From Dendrobates tinctorius (lineage: Eukaryota), in assembly GCF_039654945.1 (NCBI RefSeq), contig NW_027361697.1:55366001-55430000 (forward strand): a stretch of DNA of 64,000 bases, read 5' to 3'. Positions 38,808-53,425 of the stretch are shown one piece after another. Numbering within the stretch: the stretch's first letter is position 1; the number at the start of each line of letters is the position of its first letter. The position numbers and the translations under genes are program-made. The notes beneath the pieces were generated by a model, which saw only the letters and a program-made list of their open reading frames with translations, was not told the origin of the DNA and made no database searches.

Positions 38808-38989
38808 ATTTCTATAAATCACATCCACTGTCCTGGAACTGTAAGACGCACAGCGAAAATATAGAGCACTAAAAACTCATCATGGGAGCTTAAAGGGGTT
38901 GTCCAGGTTTTTCAAGAAAGTCAGTCTATATGGCCGGGGTCACACATGCGAGGAACTCGGACGAGTCTGGCATCTTAATACCCGGCACT

Positions 38990-39148
38990 GCCGCCGGCAC
39001 TCGGGAGCGGAGCGTGCGGCCGCATAGAAAGACATGCAGCCAAGTGCCGGCACTCGGGAGCGGAGCATGCGGCTGCACAGAAAGACATGCAGCCAAGTGC
39101 CGGCACTCGGGAGCGGAGCATGCGGCTGCACAGAAAGACATGCAGCCA
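38990..39148. repeat. 53-bp tandem repeat x3 inside a MITE
   Basis: GCCGGCACTCGGGAGCGGAGCRTGCGGCYGCAYAGAAAGACATGCAGCCAAGT. Confidence 0.85.
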
Positions 39149-40337
39149 CACGTTCCACTCCCGAGGTGTGTTTTACGCACCAACATCTTGTTTTTGGTGG
39201 GTTTGTGTATGATTTTTGCAATGGATACATACCCCGCCTGTATGCATCCATGTACAGCACTGCTAGACAAAGCCTGTGCAAGGACAATATATGGGACCTT
39301 TCCAGCCCACGAGCTCCTAAAAATGCAATATTGCACCTTTGAAGGTAGAAATGTCCCCCTTTATCTCCTGGGCCCCAATGTCCGCCCCTGATGTACAGAT
39401 ACACACCATATTATAATTAATAAAGCATTAAAAACACACTGGGGAAAAAAGGTCACAAATTGCATCAAAACCGCAAGAAAACCGCACCAAAAACACGTGT
39501 CTTTTTGAAGCAGTCTTTGAATATGGATTTTTCAGCCAGCAAAAAAATTGCTTTACGAAACTCAGTGAATGCACCATATATACACGGCTTCTTTGGGTGA
39601 AAAGTGCAACAAAAATGCTGCAAAAAGTGAACATAATGCACCAGAAAAATCAAGATTTGCACTAAACTCGTTAATTTCCACCAGAATGTGTCACTTCTGG
39701 TGTATGCCGTGGCTAAAGACGTCCTCTAGGTAATATTGCACATTTTTCCTCTCAGCGTGGTTCACACACAAAGGTTTTTGGAAAATACCACTAATATTTT
39801 TCACATTTTTCATGTAGTATTTGTAGCATTGGTTCAGATTTGTTTCTTACTTTCGCTGTTTTTTTCCGCCTTAGTAAAAGTATTGGACGTGCTGAATCCC
39901 CGACATCTTGGATGCCGCAGACCCCATTATTTTACCGGGGGGCCGTATGGTCTCCATTTGCCTCTTACTGGCACGCTGCGCTATTTTGTTCAGTATTTCG
40001 GGCCAGATCTGCAGTAAGGTCTCCAACACAGTTATGAAGAGAAACCGCTGAGTGTGAACCCAACACAGTACTTTCTGCTCCATGGGCCATAATATACTGA
40101 TGGCTGTTTCTTCTGAACAACTCTATGAAGTGAACTAAAATCACGTTTACACATTCAGTATTTGCTCAGTATTTTACCTCAGTATTTGTAAGGCAAAACC
40201 AGGAGAGGAACAATTAGAGGAAAGTATAATAAAGACACGTCACCACTTCTGTATTTATCACCCACTCCTGGTGATACTGAGGTAAATACTGACCGAATAC
40301 TGAACGAGATCCAATTTCCTTACGTAACTACTTGTGT

Positions 40338-40432
40338 CCAGTAGATGTCGCCCTACGCACACTGCGTGCCGTGTTTCCGCTCCGTTCAAAGATCGGTTCT
40401 CTGCATTACCCGAGAACGTCGCTAGATGTCAC
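40338..40432 (+). promoter_or_regulatory. Candidate CTCF-like motifs in the slc25a24/eeig2 intergenic region
   Basis: CCAGTAGATGTCGCC (40338) and TCGCTAGATGTCAC (40419) resemble the CTCF core; CpG-richer non-repeat DNA. Confidence 0.3.
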
Positions 40433-41349
40433 AAAAAAATAATATAGATTTAGAGCCTGCAACCTTACTTGTAGCCTGCGGAGGTCACTAGTGAGACAAC
40501 GCCTATACATGACACACAGACAGATACGGAAGCCGAGAGAAGACAGATCAGGGCGATCCGGGAGGGACACAAGGACAGGAGCAGACTGTGCAATCCAGGT
40601 GAGAGCGGAGCATTGATGCTACCTGCGGGGACCCGGGCTGCACGGATCGCAGGCTGCTCTGCAGTGCTGGTATACACAGCTGGGTGAGTGCGGTCCAGGC
40701 TGTATGTGTATATGTGCACTGTATACAATATATATGTGTATTCCTCTGTGTATATATAATTATGCAGGCTGTGCGTGTATACATCGCTCATGCACCCATT
40801 AGATGACATTGGGGCGTGCATGTGTGGGTCAGGGGTGATCCTGACAATGTTGCAGTCTCCTGTCCCAGCCCGGGTCTTGGGGTGCACCTGGTCCCCAAAT
40901 GATCAGACACTGGGCATTCACTGAGGCTCATCTTTATATTCCAGGGCTGGATCCTCGCACACAGGGCAGATTATGGCTGTAAATGGATCTGGCAGTACCT
41001 GGAGACCATCATAATGAAGTCCTCTTCTGGATCCTCCAGCAGGACTGGTGGATAAAGGATGTCTGCGGGACAGGAGCAGCTCTGAGCCCTCACACCTACA
41101 ATTCCTGGGAAATAACTGGCATTTCTAGAACTTTTTTTTTCCTGAAAACTTTTCCCCATTGCTCAGATCTCCACATGACCATCCCAGAAAGGGAAGGCGA
41201 ATCACAGCGACTGACCACCCATCACAAGGAGAAGTATTGGAAATAATTGTGTCTGGTGTCGCTCACAAACACTACATATTGTATCCAGCGTGGCATACAG
41301 ACGCCACATATTGTGTCTGGAGTGGCACCGTCATCCTGTGGCCCTCTGA

Positions 41350-41508
<159 letters not shown>

Positions 41509-41650
41509 TGAGGAACTATGAAAACCATCAGTGGGGAGAAGGGGCAGAGCTATGGGAACAGTGAGCGTGGCCAAGAGTCCTGGGACATTATGTAGATTGC
41601 TGGGGGATCTTATAGTCTAATGGGGGCCATTATCGCTCAGTTTTCCCTGA

Positions 41651-41733
41651 ATAGAATCATAGAGTTGGAAGGGACCTCCTGGGCCATCTGGTCCAACACC
41701 TTGCTCAAAGCAGGATTTGCTAAATCATCCCAG
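41651..41733 (-). mobile_element. CR1 3'-end fragment (same family as copies A and B)
   Basis: Matches 10379-10461. Confidence 0.85.
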
Positions 41734-43115
41734 AATAGTTGTTGGCCAGTGAAAGCCTTGTGTTCATCTCAAGGGTGTGACTCAAGACTGTGTTCCTTGG
41801 TTCCCGGGCGAGGTAGACCACGCTAGGAGCCGGCCTTATGTAGCTGGTCATTATTTCTAGTAGGCAAGGCATCTTGTCAGTATGAATTTTGGGCAAGGCC
41901 ACGTTTTCAAATATCTGTGCCCATTACAGTGACGGTGGTCAGTAAGGCCGGGTTCAGACGAGTGCATTTCATAGACCACTTATGGCCAGCAATGTGTGTA
42001 CTGATAGCAGGTCTGCCAACTCAAACTTGCAGCATTATTTGTGTCTGAGACTAAAGGTTCTGGTCGGGAGACCCCGAGTCAGTCGGGTCATTGCCGTATG
42101 TGGACTGTGAAATACTCCTGTGTGGACCCAGCCCAATGCTTCTGCTGTGGGCATCCACCCATTAGGTAGCATCTCAGACAGGCTTTTGGTGATAATTATA
42201 ATACAGTATGGTGTTCCTCTTCACGTGCTCTAGTGGACATTGAAGGGGAAATTTTGTGCACCCATATTATTTGGACTTAACGAAGCCCCATTTATTGCTA
42301 CTATTTAGTAACGGTCAGGCCACATGTAGTGACTGTAGAGGAGGCATCAGGGAAACATGAGCCCTGGTTTTGGATATATTAGCCAGCTCCCCTTACAACA
42401 TATCGGCAGTGCCCAGATTCCTGTACATTGCTGATCTACATTTATCAAGAGAGCAGTTTGAAGAAGAGATGATTCAGCATAGGATTGCGGTTTATTGTGC
42501 CCATTTCCTCGGTATTATGACTGCGGGGTTGTCCACTGCTATGAAATCAATCCTCTGGATAGGTCAATGACACCCAGCACGCTCATCGAGTATCGGAGCA
42601 GGTACACATGCACCAATTTATGTTTCTTACTCGGGGATCCCATTAACAAAGCCCTGATACCCTCTCATATATAATTAGTGATGCTTCCCTTGTAGCCCTG
42701 CTCCTTGATGTGTAACTTATTGTCTCACAGAAGTTTTCGGTAGTCTAATATCCACATCCTGTACCGTCAGTGACTTAGTTTGCATTTCTTTCCTTCCCCA
42801 TGCTTTACACTGCTGCTGTTTGTTCATATAAACACACAGCGATCTCACTGGCCTGCAGTCATTAACAGATCTCTTCTTGTAATATAATCTCTGAGATCCC
42901 CTACCAACATGGACCTGGGCATGGTGGGCACATTCTGACGCTGCCTGAACCCTCTTGATACATCTGCTTAGTTCCTGAAAAAACGCAGTGAAACTGTCCA
43001 TATAAATACTGCAAAATTTTATTGATACAAAATCATCATGACAAAGACACTACAACAATGGGGTAGACTAAAAAGACACAGGAACAAAAAACCGCATATG
43101 CTATGGCAGAGGAAC

Positions 43116-43155
43116 GCCCCCTGAGGAAGGAAAGTGCCGAAACGCGCGTCGGGGT
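43116..43155 (+). ncRNA. Minimal type I hammerhead ribozyme motif (Penelope-like-element type)
   Basis: GCCCC-CTGAGGA-AGGAAAGTGCC-GAAA-CGCGCG-TC-GGGGT: intact CUGANGA/GAAA core, GUC cleavage triplet, stem I, palindromic stem III. Confidence 0.7.
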
Positions 43156-45246
43156 TGGCAGGATACAGCAGGGTATCCTGAATACCTACATCTGGTATGT
43201 CCACCCACTATTATAGATATATATCTATATCTGTATATCCATTTAGTCCCTCCGTTTGGCATACGGGTTTTTTTTTTTGTGTGTGTCTGTGAAAAATGCC
43301 TATGGCATGCTGACTCGTATGTCATCCATGGTTTTTTTTTTTTTTTAACTAATTGACTTATAATGGGTGAAACTGATCCGGAATACAGATCCAGTGCATG
43401 CTGCGTTTTGAGGGGTTTTGTTCTCTCGGACGATGTTTACATGAATTATCACATTGACTTCCATCGGGCCATGTTCTATTCGTTTGCCGTCAGTTTTATA
43501 TACAGACAAGACAGCATAATTTCAGATGTGACTGCCTCCTCCATTGTGTCTGGTGATGGCTGCATCTGTGCAGGTGCAGAACGCTCCTCACTTTGCCTGT
43601 ACGATGTCACAAAAAACTTAGGAGATGCGAGTCATATAACTCGGACAAGGACCTCGACACAATGCTCGGCCTGGCCGGCGGCTCTCCTGACCTGAGCATG
43701 TCAGCATGTATTTCTGTGCAGCTGTCATGCTTTGGCTGGGAGAGCCGCCGGCCAGTCCAAGCATTGCGTCGAGATCCTTGTCGGAGTTATAAGGCCTTCT
43801 GACTCTCCCTTAGGCTTGGGTTACACTTGCGAGTGCAATGCGAGAGTCTCGCGCATCAATACCCGGCACTGGCTCTCAGGACCGGAGTGTGCGGCTACAC
43901 ATATTTCTATGCAGCTGAATGCTCCGGTCCCGAGTGCCGGCAGCAGTGCCGGGTATTGATGCGCGAGACTCTCGCATTGCACTCACAAGTGTGACCCCGG
44001 CTTTAGAATGGGCTTATGACGGGGTCAGCATGCAATCCATTTTATCCATTTGTGGCTGTTGCTTATATAGACCTAAATCGGAAGAGAGAGACAGCGAATA
44101 AGCTCTTAATGTCTAGATTTTGTTTTTTTTACCTAAAGTTGGGGCAGAAGCCTCAGAGATGGGCCCCTTTTTGGATTGCGTGTCAGCAAAATAAAATGGA
44201 CATGTCTGTTTTTGATCCTAGTCATGCATACCCTTCCATGAAATCCGTGACTGATAGGTGACATTTGAAAAACCTCATTTTATTTTTATTTTTTCATACA
44301 AGAAAAACTGATGAATTACTGATGCTAAAACCAGGCCCAACACTGATGAAAAACGGATCCAAAACACAAAATCGGTCTGTTTTTCACATGCACACAAAAC
44401 ATATATAAAATAGACTTGTATAACCGGCCTTCTAATGAAAAATATGGAACACATTAAAATAATCCCTGTCAGATATTTAAGGAAGGAAATGAAGATGAGC
44501 CGCCATGATGAGCCTGTGGTTGCCGGGCAGTATTGTGTCTGCGGCTCACGACCTCGGACTATGACTGTCTCAGGCCCACAAGGCTGACATGGACAATAGA
44601 GTTTCTCTGCAAAAAGGAAGGAATCTGCTCTGGTGTGACTCCTGAGGAAGCGATGAGTCAGATTCTCAGAAGCCATGTCCTACATCGGCTGGGCGATGAG
44701 CAGTTCTGTTTTGTTGCCATGAGTGACCAAAATGGCCGCAACCACATCTGCCGCCGGATGTAATGCTGAAGGGCTGAGGCATAGCAATCCTTATTCTAGG
44801 TATCACTTTGGGGCACCAGCTGTGTATGGAGTCTTTTTGGCAATGATCCATGGGAAAAAGTATGCCACAAAAAAGGAGGCGGCTGCCCTGTAAGTCAGTG
44901 CTAGCCATGCAGCGTGATTAGGGATGGAAGCCGCTCCTGACGCCCATGTTGGCGAATATCCCTCGTCACGTTGTCATGTGCGTGCTCTATTCCGTACGCC
45001 CTGACTAGAATACATCACCTAGTAAAGGTGTAGGAAGGATGATATTATACGGAAGAACATAACTACCTGGAGTTTACTCTTCAGGAAGTGATTTCTGGGA
45101 ATTGTCCATTTCAAGGCTCCAAAAAAGAGTGCGCCCCATTCATTAATGTCAAAGTCCACTCATTGCCAGATTGAAGGGTTTTCTGAGAGAACCTAGATAA
45201 ATCCACTTCCCCTTAAACAGCACTTTCCATTCTGCTCGGTACTTAA

Positions 45247-45435
<189 letters not shown>

Positions 45436-46041
45436 TGATGACACAGGATGTTTCTAGGGAGAGAAACTTGCTGATCACTAGGGTTCTGACAGCTGGGACC
45501 CCCGCTTTTCCCAAGAACCAGGTGTGAATAGAGCCGTGATTAGTCGTACACACCCCCTCTCCATTAATTTTTAAAGGTGGGCTAAAGACCAGGTGAGTGC
45601 CGCATTCAGTTATCTCCGGTGGTCCCAATAAGAGTGAATGGATCGGATTTGCGCATGATCAACCACCTCTCCACTCACTCGGGATTCTTCAATGCGCCAA
45701 TGCTAAGGATCAGTGGAGCCCCAACGATCAAGAAGATAGCCCTTAGCCTTAGAATAGAGAGTAACAGCTAAACTTGCGGATACCTGTTTAAGACTCCATC
45801 CGTCATACAATGATGGCCCATGGACTTAATTAACTTTCACTAGCGTCCAATAGGTTTCCGTAGTGTCCATGGTTATGACAGCAAGAATAGCTCTGCGTAG
45901 CACAGTGTTTTCTGTTGATAGTGATGGATGTCCTAACATCCTGGTGCATGTGTGAACAAAGCCCTAGCGTTGTGTGTAATGTCTTAATGCTTCCAGTTAC
46001 ATGCATAATTCACCGGTGTGCTTCTCTCCTACTTGTTTCAG

Positions 46042-46071
46042 GAGCTTAAAGGCGGGAAAGCCTATGCAAAG
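46042..46071 (+). CDS. eeig2: eeig2 coding exon 3 (30-nt micro-exon)
   Basis: tttcAG|ELKGGKAYAK|GTAAAA; conserved EEIG motif. Confidence 0.92.
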
Positions 46072-46134
46072 GTAAAATGCTTACTACTATTCAAAAACCC
46101 TCTTGTATTTTTTTTTGTTTAAATTTACATTTAA

Positions 46135-46582
46135 TGGGAATCTGTCCCCCCTTTTTTGAGATATCATATAATGATATCATTCAATTGTGTGTCACATAAG
46201 GATTCTCTTAGTACTTTTGCTTCCCCCTGACCCCGCACCTTTTATGCATAAATACCTTTTTTATATCGGTTCAGATGTATGTAAACTGCCGCTGTCCGGT
46301 CCGCTGGGCGGGGCTTATTCACCTGCTCCCCCTCCCCCCTGTCTTGCTCTACACAAGAAGAAATGTGTATAGCAAGAGAGGGAGGGGGGAGCAGGTGAAT
46401 AAGCCCCGCCCAGCGGACCGGACAGCGGCAGTTTACATACATCTGAACCGATATAAAAAAGGTATTTATGCATGAAAGGTGCGGGATCAGGGGGAAGCAA
46501 AAGTACTAAGAGAATCCTTATGTGACACACAATTGAATTATATCATTATATGATATCTCAAAAAAGGGGTGACAGATTCCCT
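46135..46582. mobile_element. T2/Kolobok-type MITE, near-perfect 450-bp palindrome
   Basis: TTAA flanks on both sides; about 210-bp arms almost identical in reverse complement. Confidence 0.9.
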
Positions 46583-46745
46583 TTAAAGGGGTCATCCTAC
46601 AAAGGCAACACAATACCGATTTCCAGGATAGGCAATAGATTGCTGATCGCTAGGTGTCTCACCATTGGGACCACCACAGATCACAATGATAGTCCGGAGG
46701 CCCCTTTTAGTTGTGTCCAGCATGCATATTTGCTGCTCAGTTCTA

Positions 46746-49056
46746 CAGTGGGTACGGAGAGTATTCAGACTCCTATAAATTTTTCACTTTGTTTGATTGC
46801 AGCCATTTGGTAAATTCAAAAAAGTTCAATTTTTTTTTTCTCATTATTGTACACTTTGCACCCCATCTTGACTGAAAAAAAACATAAATGTAGATTATTA
46901 AATGTATTAAAACAAAAATTGAAAGATCACATGGTCATAAGTATTTAGACCCTTTGCTCATACACTCGTAAATAAGTCACATGCTGTCCATTTCCTTGTG
47001 ATCCTCCTTGAGATGGTTCTACTCCTTCATTGGAGTCCAGCTGTGTTTAATTAAACTGATAGGACTTGATTCGGAAAGGCACACACCTGTCTATATAAGA
47101 CCTCACAGTGCATGTCAGACAAAATGAGAATCATGAGGTCAAAGGAACTAGCCAAGGAGCTCAGAGACAGAATTGTGGCAAAGCCCTCATCTGGCCAAGG
47201 TTACAAAAGAATTTCTGCAGTACTCAAGGTTCCTAAGAGCACAATGGCCTCCATAATCCTTAAATGGAAGACGTTTGGGACCACCAGAAGTCTTCCTAGA
47301 CCTGGCTGTCCAGCCAAACTGAGCAATCGTGGGAGAAGAGCCTTGGTGAGCGAGGTAAAGAATAACCCCAAGATCACTGTGGCTATGCTCCACAGATGCA
47401 GTAGGAAGATGGGAGAAAGTATCACAAAGTCAACTATCACTGCAGCCCTCCACCAGTCGGACCTTTGTAGAGGTGGGTGGGCCGAGCTGGGGGGTGGTCC
47501 CTCTTTATGCCGCGCAGAGATGTAACAGAGACAAGATGAGGCAGGTTCTGGGTGCAACAGGTCCAAGTTTATTCACGCTCACCGTCCGCCTGACGGCCTC
47601 AAAAGCACACTGTACTTCCTTCAACTCACGGCCCTCCGTTTCCAGGGCCGCTTCTCACACACCGTACGTTACACTGGGGAGGTGTATGCACACACCGTCC
47701 CCTCCTCACTCGTCGACGCTCCTGACAGGTCCGTCACTGTGGCCGCCTTAGGCCCGTAAACCAACAGCGCTTCCACTGATCAGTCGTCGTGTCAAATACG
47801 GTGTCTCACACCCAGTGCCTCGTCCCTTCTGCGGTTCTTCCTGTCAGGACCACCCCCCTGACGTTCTCCCTCCTCAGTCCCCCTGGTTTAGATTCTCCTC
47901 ACAGCGCACAGACTGTCGCAGTCCTCCTGTCACTGGAGCTCCCCCTGGGGACTGGAACTTTCTGGAACCCTCCCTCAGTATTTATAGCTCTCCCGATCCC
48001 CTGTCACTGTAACCCCGCCCCCCCATGACAAACGTTTTCTAAAGCCCTAAGCTGATGTCAAGTCCTTTGCTCACACTCCTCCCTGCCATCTAATGGTCAA
48101 CCCAAGGTACTGCACGTCCACTACACTTTCCTAGCTGTTTCCCCACTGTAATAACTGACACCTACCTACACTGTGCAAACCTTTCCTTCTTCACTCTGAC
48201 TAGTCCGTCCGTCCGTCAGGTCACCTTCCCTACACCTTTATGGCAGAGTGTCCCGACGGAAGCCTCTCCTCAATGCCAGACTTATGAAAGCCTGCATAGA
48301 GTTTGCTATGAGAAATAAGATTCTCTGGTCTGATGAGACGAAGATAGAACTTTTTGGTGATAATTCTAAGCGGTATGTGTGGAGAAAACCAGGCACTGCT
48401 CATCACCTGCCCAATACAATCCCAACAGTGAAACATGGTGGTGGCAGCACCATGCTATGGGGGTGTTTTTCAGCTGCAGAGACAGGACGACTGGTTGCAA
48501 TTGATGGAAACATGAATGTCGCCAAGTACAGAGATATCCTGGATGAAAACCTCTTCCAGAATGCTCTGGACTTCAGACTTGGCCGAAGGTTCACCTTACA
48601 ACAAGACAATGACCCTAAGCACACAGCTAAAATAACAAAGGAGTGGCTTCAGAACAACTGTGACCATTCTTGACTGGTCCAGCCAGAGCCCTGACCTAAA
48701 CCCAATTGAGCATCTCTGGAGAAACTTGAAAGTGGCTGTCCACCAACGTTCACCATCCAACCTGGAGAGGATTTGCAAGGAAGAATGGCAAAGGATCCCC
48801 AAATCCAGGTGTGAAAAACTTGTGGCATCAAGAAGACTCATGGCTGTACCAGCTCAAAAGGGTGCTTCTACTCAATACTGAGCAAAGGGTCTGAATACTT
48901 ATGACCATGTGATATTTCAGGTTTTCTTTTTAATATATTTGCAAACATTTCTATATTTCTGTGTTTTGTTTTTTTGTTTGTTTTTTTATTAGTCAAGATG
49001 GCTGCAATGAAACAGTGAAAAATTTAAAGGGGTCTGAATACTTTCCGTACCCACTA
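46746..49056 (+). mobile_element. Decayed Tc1 transposon interrupted by a solo LTR
   Basis: CAGTGGGTACGGAGAGTATTCAGAC / GTCTGAATACTTTCCGTACCCACT TIRs; [37 protein letters not shown] fragments. Confidence 0.9.
47466..48234 (-). mobile_element. Solo LTR (769 bp)
   Basis: TGTAG...CTACA ends, 4-bp TSD CCTT, TATAAATA (47986-47979) and AATAAA (47573-47568) on the minus strand; removal restores the Tc1 DLYGRV frame. Confidence 0.88.
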
Positions 49057-49334
49057 TCTGTCTATGGGACTGGCAGAGATGTTTGAGCACTGTACTCAGA
49101 TTTATCCATCTGTCCGATAGACTCAGAATGGAGTGGCAGTGCACCTAAGGTGGCCCGAAATGTTCAAAGGGTTGCCTCTGATCGGTTGGTAGCCTTGGAC
49201 CTATTTTTTTTTTTTTTTGCATTGGGTCAGTTTGTGTAGAATTTTGCCAAAATTTTGGTGTCCAAAATGGTGTCCCATTTTTGTAGAATGTTACTTTTCT
49301 GGTTAACGCAGTGCTGATATTTCTGTTTTCTTAG

Positions 49335-49472
<138 letters not shown>

Positions 49473-50269
49473 TGATGTGCCTGTGCTGTGACAGTTGTAT
49501 AGATGGAGGACTAGGCAGTTCCACAAGACACGGAGCCCATACAGCTGACAGTTTGCTGATGGCAATGATCTTTTTTCCTGTTTGCCCTCAGTCATTTTTC
49601 CATCGCTGTACGGAGATGATTTCTATTGCATTGCATTTGCTGACCTTATGAATTATTGCATTACAGCTCAGCACAGAAGCAGTCCTGCTTCTTATTACAT
49701 TATTGGGTTATGTCGGTTTTCATCAGAGCCCCACTTTAGCATCTCTTGTCAGATTCTATTAGCTCTCTTGGGAAGAACCCAAATTGCTGATTTATATAGA
49801 ACATTTCCAGTGGTCAATGTCATTCTTATTTGTATTATATTTTAAGTTTAGGACAATCTGTCCTATAGTTGTATTGTCTGTGATGAATATTGGAGGGATA
49901 TTTCGAAGACCTATACACAGTACGGCACAGATGTGGCCCACCTCTGAGACCATTATGCATATTAGAATTGGAATCCTCTGACTTAAAGGTTCAGTCCGAG
50001 AATGACAGAAGAGGTGGCCAGGTACAGTGACATGTGAAAGTTTGGACACCCCTGGTCAAAATTACTGTTAGGTTATGAGCACACGATGTGTTTTTTACAC
50101 ACATAAATGGTTCAAAAATGCAATGGAATGCTTATGCAAGGTAATTCAATGACAATCCTGAAATGTTGTGCACATAATCAGTAAATTTCCGTCTGTAATT
50201 GCAGTGTTTTATTTTCAGCAGCATGTCAATTCTTTTTGCGTTTCTGCAGCGTTTTTGACTCATTGATTT

Positions 50270-50533
50270 AATAATAATAATCTTTATTTTTATATAGCGC
50301 TAACATATTCCGCAGCGCTTTACAGTTTGCACACATTTTCATCACTGTCCCCAATGGGGCTCACAGTCTAAATTCCCTATCAGTATGTCTTTGGAGTGTG
50401 GGAGGAAACCCACGCAAACACGGGGAGAACATACAAACTCCTTGCAGATGTTGTCCTTGGTGGGATTCGAACCCAGGACAACATCTGGCTAACAGGACAA
50501 CATCTGGCTAACCACTGAGCCACCGTGCTGCCC
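50270..50533 (-). mobile_element. tRNA-derived V-SINE-like element with L2-type tail
   Basis: A box TGGCTCAGTGG, B box GGTTCGAATCC, V-domain-like TGTTCTCCCCGTGTTTGCGTGGGTTTCCTCC, 3' TGTAAAGCGCTGCGGAA...GCGCTATATAAA and (TTA)n tail. Confidence 0.85.
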
Positions 50534-53425
50534 CATTGATTTCAATTGAGTCAGTCAAATCTGCAGCAAAAACGCGGGTGTAAAAAGGTTTGCGTTTTTG
50601 CTGCGTATTTACTGCTTATTTGCTGCAGATTTGCTGCCAAAAACGCTGCAAATTGTCAAAGGAAATTATGTCAGAAGGAGGAAGTGTGTGTGGGCGGAGA
50701 ATGTGTGTCTCTGTCTGTACCCATGCAACGAACAGCCCATAGTGATTGTACTTAGGCGTCGTCTGATGGGACTACTACTCCCATCCGGCTACGTCTTTTG
50801 TCACATATAATAGACAGCATGAGCCGATGATGGGAGAATAGTCTCATCATCCGGCACATGAGTTCAATTGTAAAAAAAAAAAAAAAAAAAAATTAATTAC
50901 ATACATATTCACATACAAAATACATACTCACAGATCACCTAATCCCCGAAGCCCGGATTTCCTGCAAACAATCAAAAATGGTAAACCAACATATACTCGC
51001 CTTTCCGCCATAGTCCATTTAATACCGAGTGTCCCATGACAGATCTCATGCTGTATCACTGTGCTGCCGTGTTAGTTCACCGGAGTTCAGCAGCTGATCA
51101 GCTCCGGTTCTCGCGCAGCGGTGCCCTAAGTGAGAGCACCGGAGCTGATGAATTTCGGTGAACTCGAACAGTAGCGATGCACTGCAGGAGCGATTACCTC
51201 CTGTCTATCACCGGAGGCTGGATAGAGCGGTGTGTTACACGTGAGATCGCCGGTGGACACTCAGTAATAAGTGGACTACGTCGGACAGGATAGTATTATA
51301 TGTTTTATTTTTTTATTTTTTTTTTATTATTTGCAGAAGACGAGGGTGTCGGGGATTAGGCATTCAGTATGGTAACGTCTCTCCATTACTAACCTGTGGG
51401 CTTGATGTCACCTGACAACACAAAGGTGACATCAACTCCACAAATGTGAACTCCACTTGCGACTCCTACAGGGCAAGTGGGAAGATCGAGGCTAAGTGCC
51501 AGAATTGGTATGTAATGATATTATGATCTTCAATAGAGAATGAAAAAGAAGAGGTTAAACAAGGAAATTACATCACAAATTCTTTTTTTAGCTCTATGGA
51601 TTTAAAAAAAAAAAAATGCATGAAAAAGTGCATGCAAAAACATAGAAGCCTATCTTCATAATTTTTATATAGGAGTTACTAAAACACATGAGTTCAGTTG
51701 CACGGCTATGTCCATAACTTTCATAGCGAATATAGTGAGTACCATAGACATGTGCGGCCTCTTCTCTATTTACTCTCTGCCTGGATGCGATGGCATGAGC
51801 TCGTCACACCGTTTGGTTCACAGGACCCCTGTTCATTACGTTATTGAGTCCCACATCTATCAGTAGATAAGTCACAATGGATAGTCATAGATAATTTCCC
51901 GGCTGTCTAACAATTGTCTTTGTCTGTGATTTCCCTTTGCGTTGAGTAGTAAATCCTGGTTCAGCAAATGAGCAAGTTGTGCTAATATTAAGCATATGAA
52001 AATGTATTCACAATCACAGCACTGCTTGCAGAATTGAATGGGTTGTCCACTACTCACCACCCCCCCCCCCCCCCCCCGTAAAATAAATACACTTTATACT
52101 CCCCTTCTGTGCTGGCATTGTTCCAGTGGTGTCGGCACTAGTTCTTCTAGAGCTCTCAAGATATTGTCACACAATGGCAGCGGCCGCCTCACTCTCCTTT
52201 GCTATGGGCATAATTGATATCCAGAGGAGTTGAGGGACCAGCTGCAGCTCTGACTTCTTCCAGATGACATTTACGTCCAAAGGAGAGTGAAGGGACCACT
52301 GATTGACCCCAGGGATTGTGTGACAACATAATGTCAAGGAAGCCCTGGGAGAGCCAGTGCCAACGCCATTGGATTTGCGCTGGCATCGGAGGTGAGTTCA
52401 ACTGTTATTTTTCTAGAGGGAACATGGGGATTGAGAAGGTGATGTCTGAGTTGTGGACAACCTCTTTAATGTAGCCCACATACACTTGTAAAATGATCTG
52501 CCTGCGGGATCTTATGCAGTATATAGAATAGCAGCTAATTATACTGCACTATTACGGTAATTAAGAACACGACGAAACACAGTAAATATGTTTACTTGAC
52601 TTCCACTTCAGGTAGTCGTCATTATATGGCTGCAGAAAAATCTATTTAATATGACGTCAGACAAGTGGATACAGGTTGTGAAATGGCCTTCACTGATAAT
52701 TTTATACCTGTAGTGAAAACGAAAAGGATTTGTGCTTATTACATTCAGAGACCTTCATTCCCTGGTATGATCATTTGGAGGATAAAAAAGTCCAGTTTCT
52801 GACACGTCTCTGCTTATAGAGTCGGGGTCCTGATCAGTGGATCCATGTGGCTTAGTAGGGCGTGTAGTCAGAGATTGTACAGATTAAGAGCAGCTCCTCT
52901 AATCTGATATTGTCTTTTTAAGTGTTTTATTTCTTCAGTGCAAGTCTCCTTATTTAGGAGTCTTTGGAATAAGGAATCTCCAGATTTCACATGATAAACT
53001 ACATACATGAAAGGAGTATACTCTTCTCAAGTTCGACTGCTAGGCCCACACTTCCCAATGCCGGCTAAGGAAGTTGGCTACCACACGGTAGCAACATGGA
53101 CGACTGACCAGGATCTTGCTAATCCTTTTGATCTACTCTACTGTGTACTTACTTTAAACATATACGTAAGAGTGACTATAAGAACGTTTTTTCCACTTGA
53201 TATTAGATTCAGCCTTCTAATACTGCAGATCTCTGATGCTAATGACACATCCTCTCTGATCCACGGTTCTCCAGCGCCATCAGGTCATTGACCATTACCA
53301 ACTGAAATTAAACACATGGTCCATGCACACAGTGAACAACACAGTACAACAAACATATAAAAATACTCTGTTGTAAAAAAAAAGTAACAGTAAACAGCAA
53401 GTGCTAGTAAAAAGATAACAAAACA

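Noticed and set aside
50440-50533. tRNA gene
   Set aside because: A and B boxes belong to a SINE head; no cloverleaf.
52612-52674. Possible eeig2 exon 5 (cag|GTAGTCGTC...CAG|gt)
   Set aside because: Translation VVVIIWLQKNLFNMTSDKWIQ does not resemble the expected V.ISMQLMSGDPCFK continuation.
53005-53296. Possible Penelope ORF remnant next to locus B (KRSYSHSY, VANFLSRHWEV on the minus strand)
   Set aside because: Similarity is too weak and stop-ridden to call by eye; a translated HMM search against Penelope RT/linker profiles would decide.
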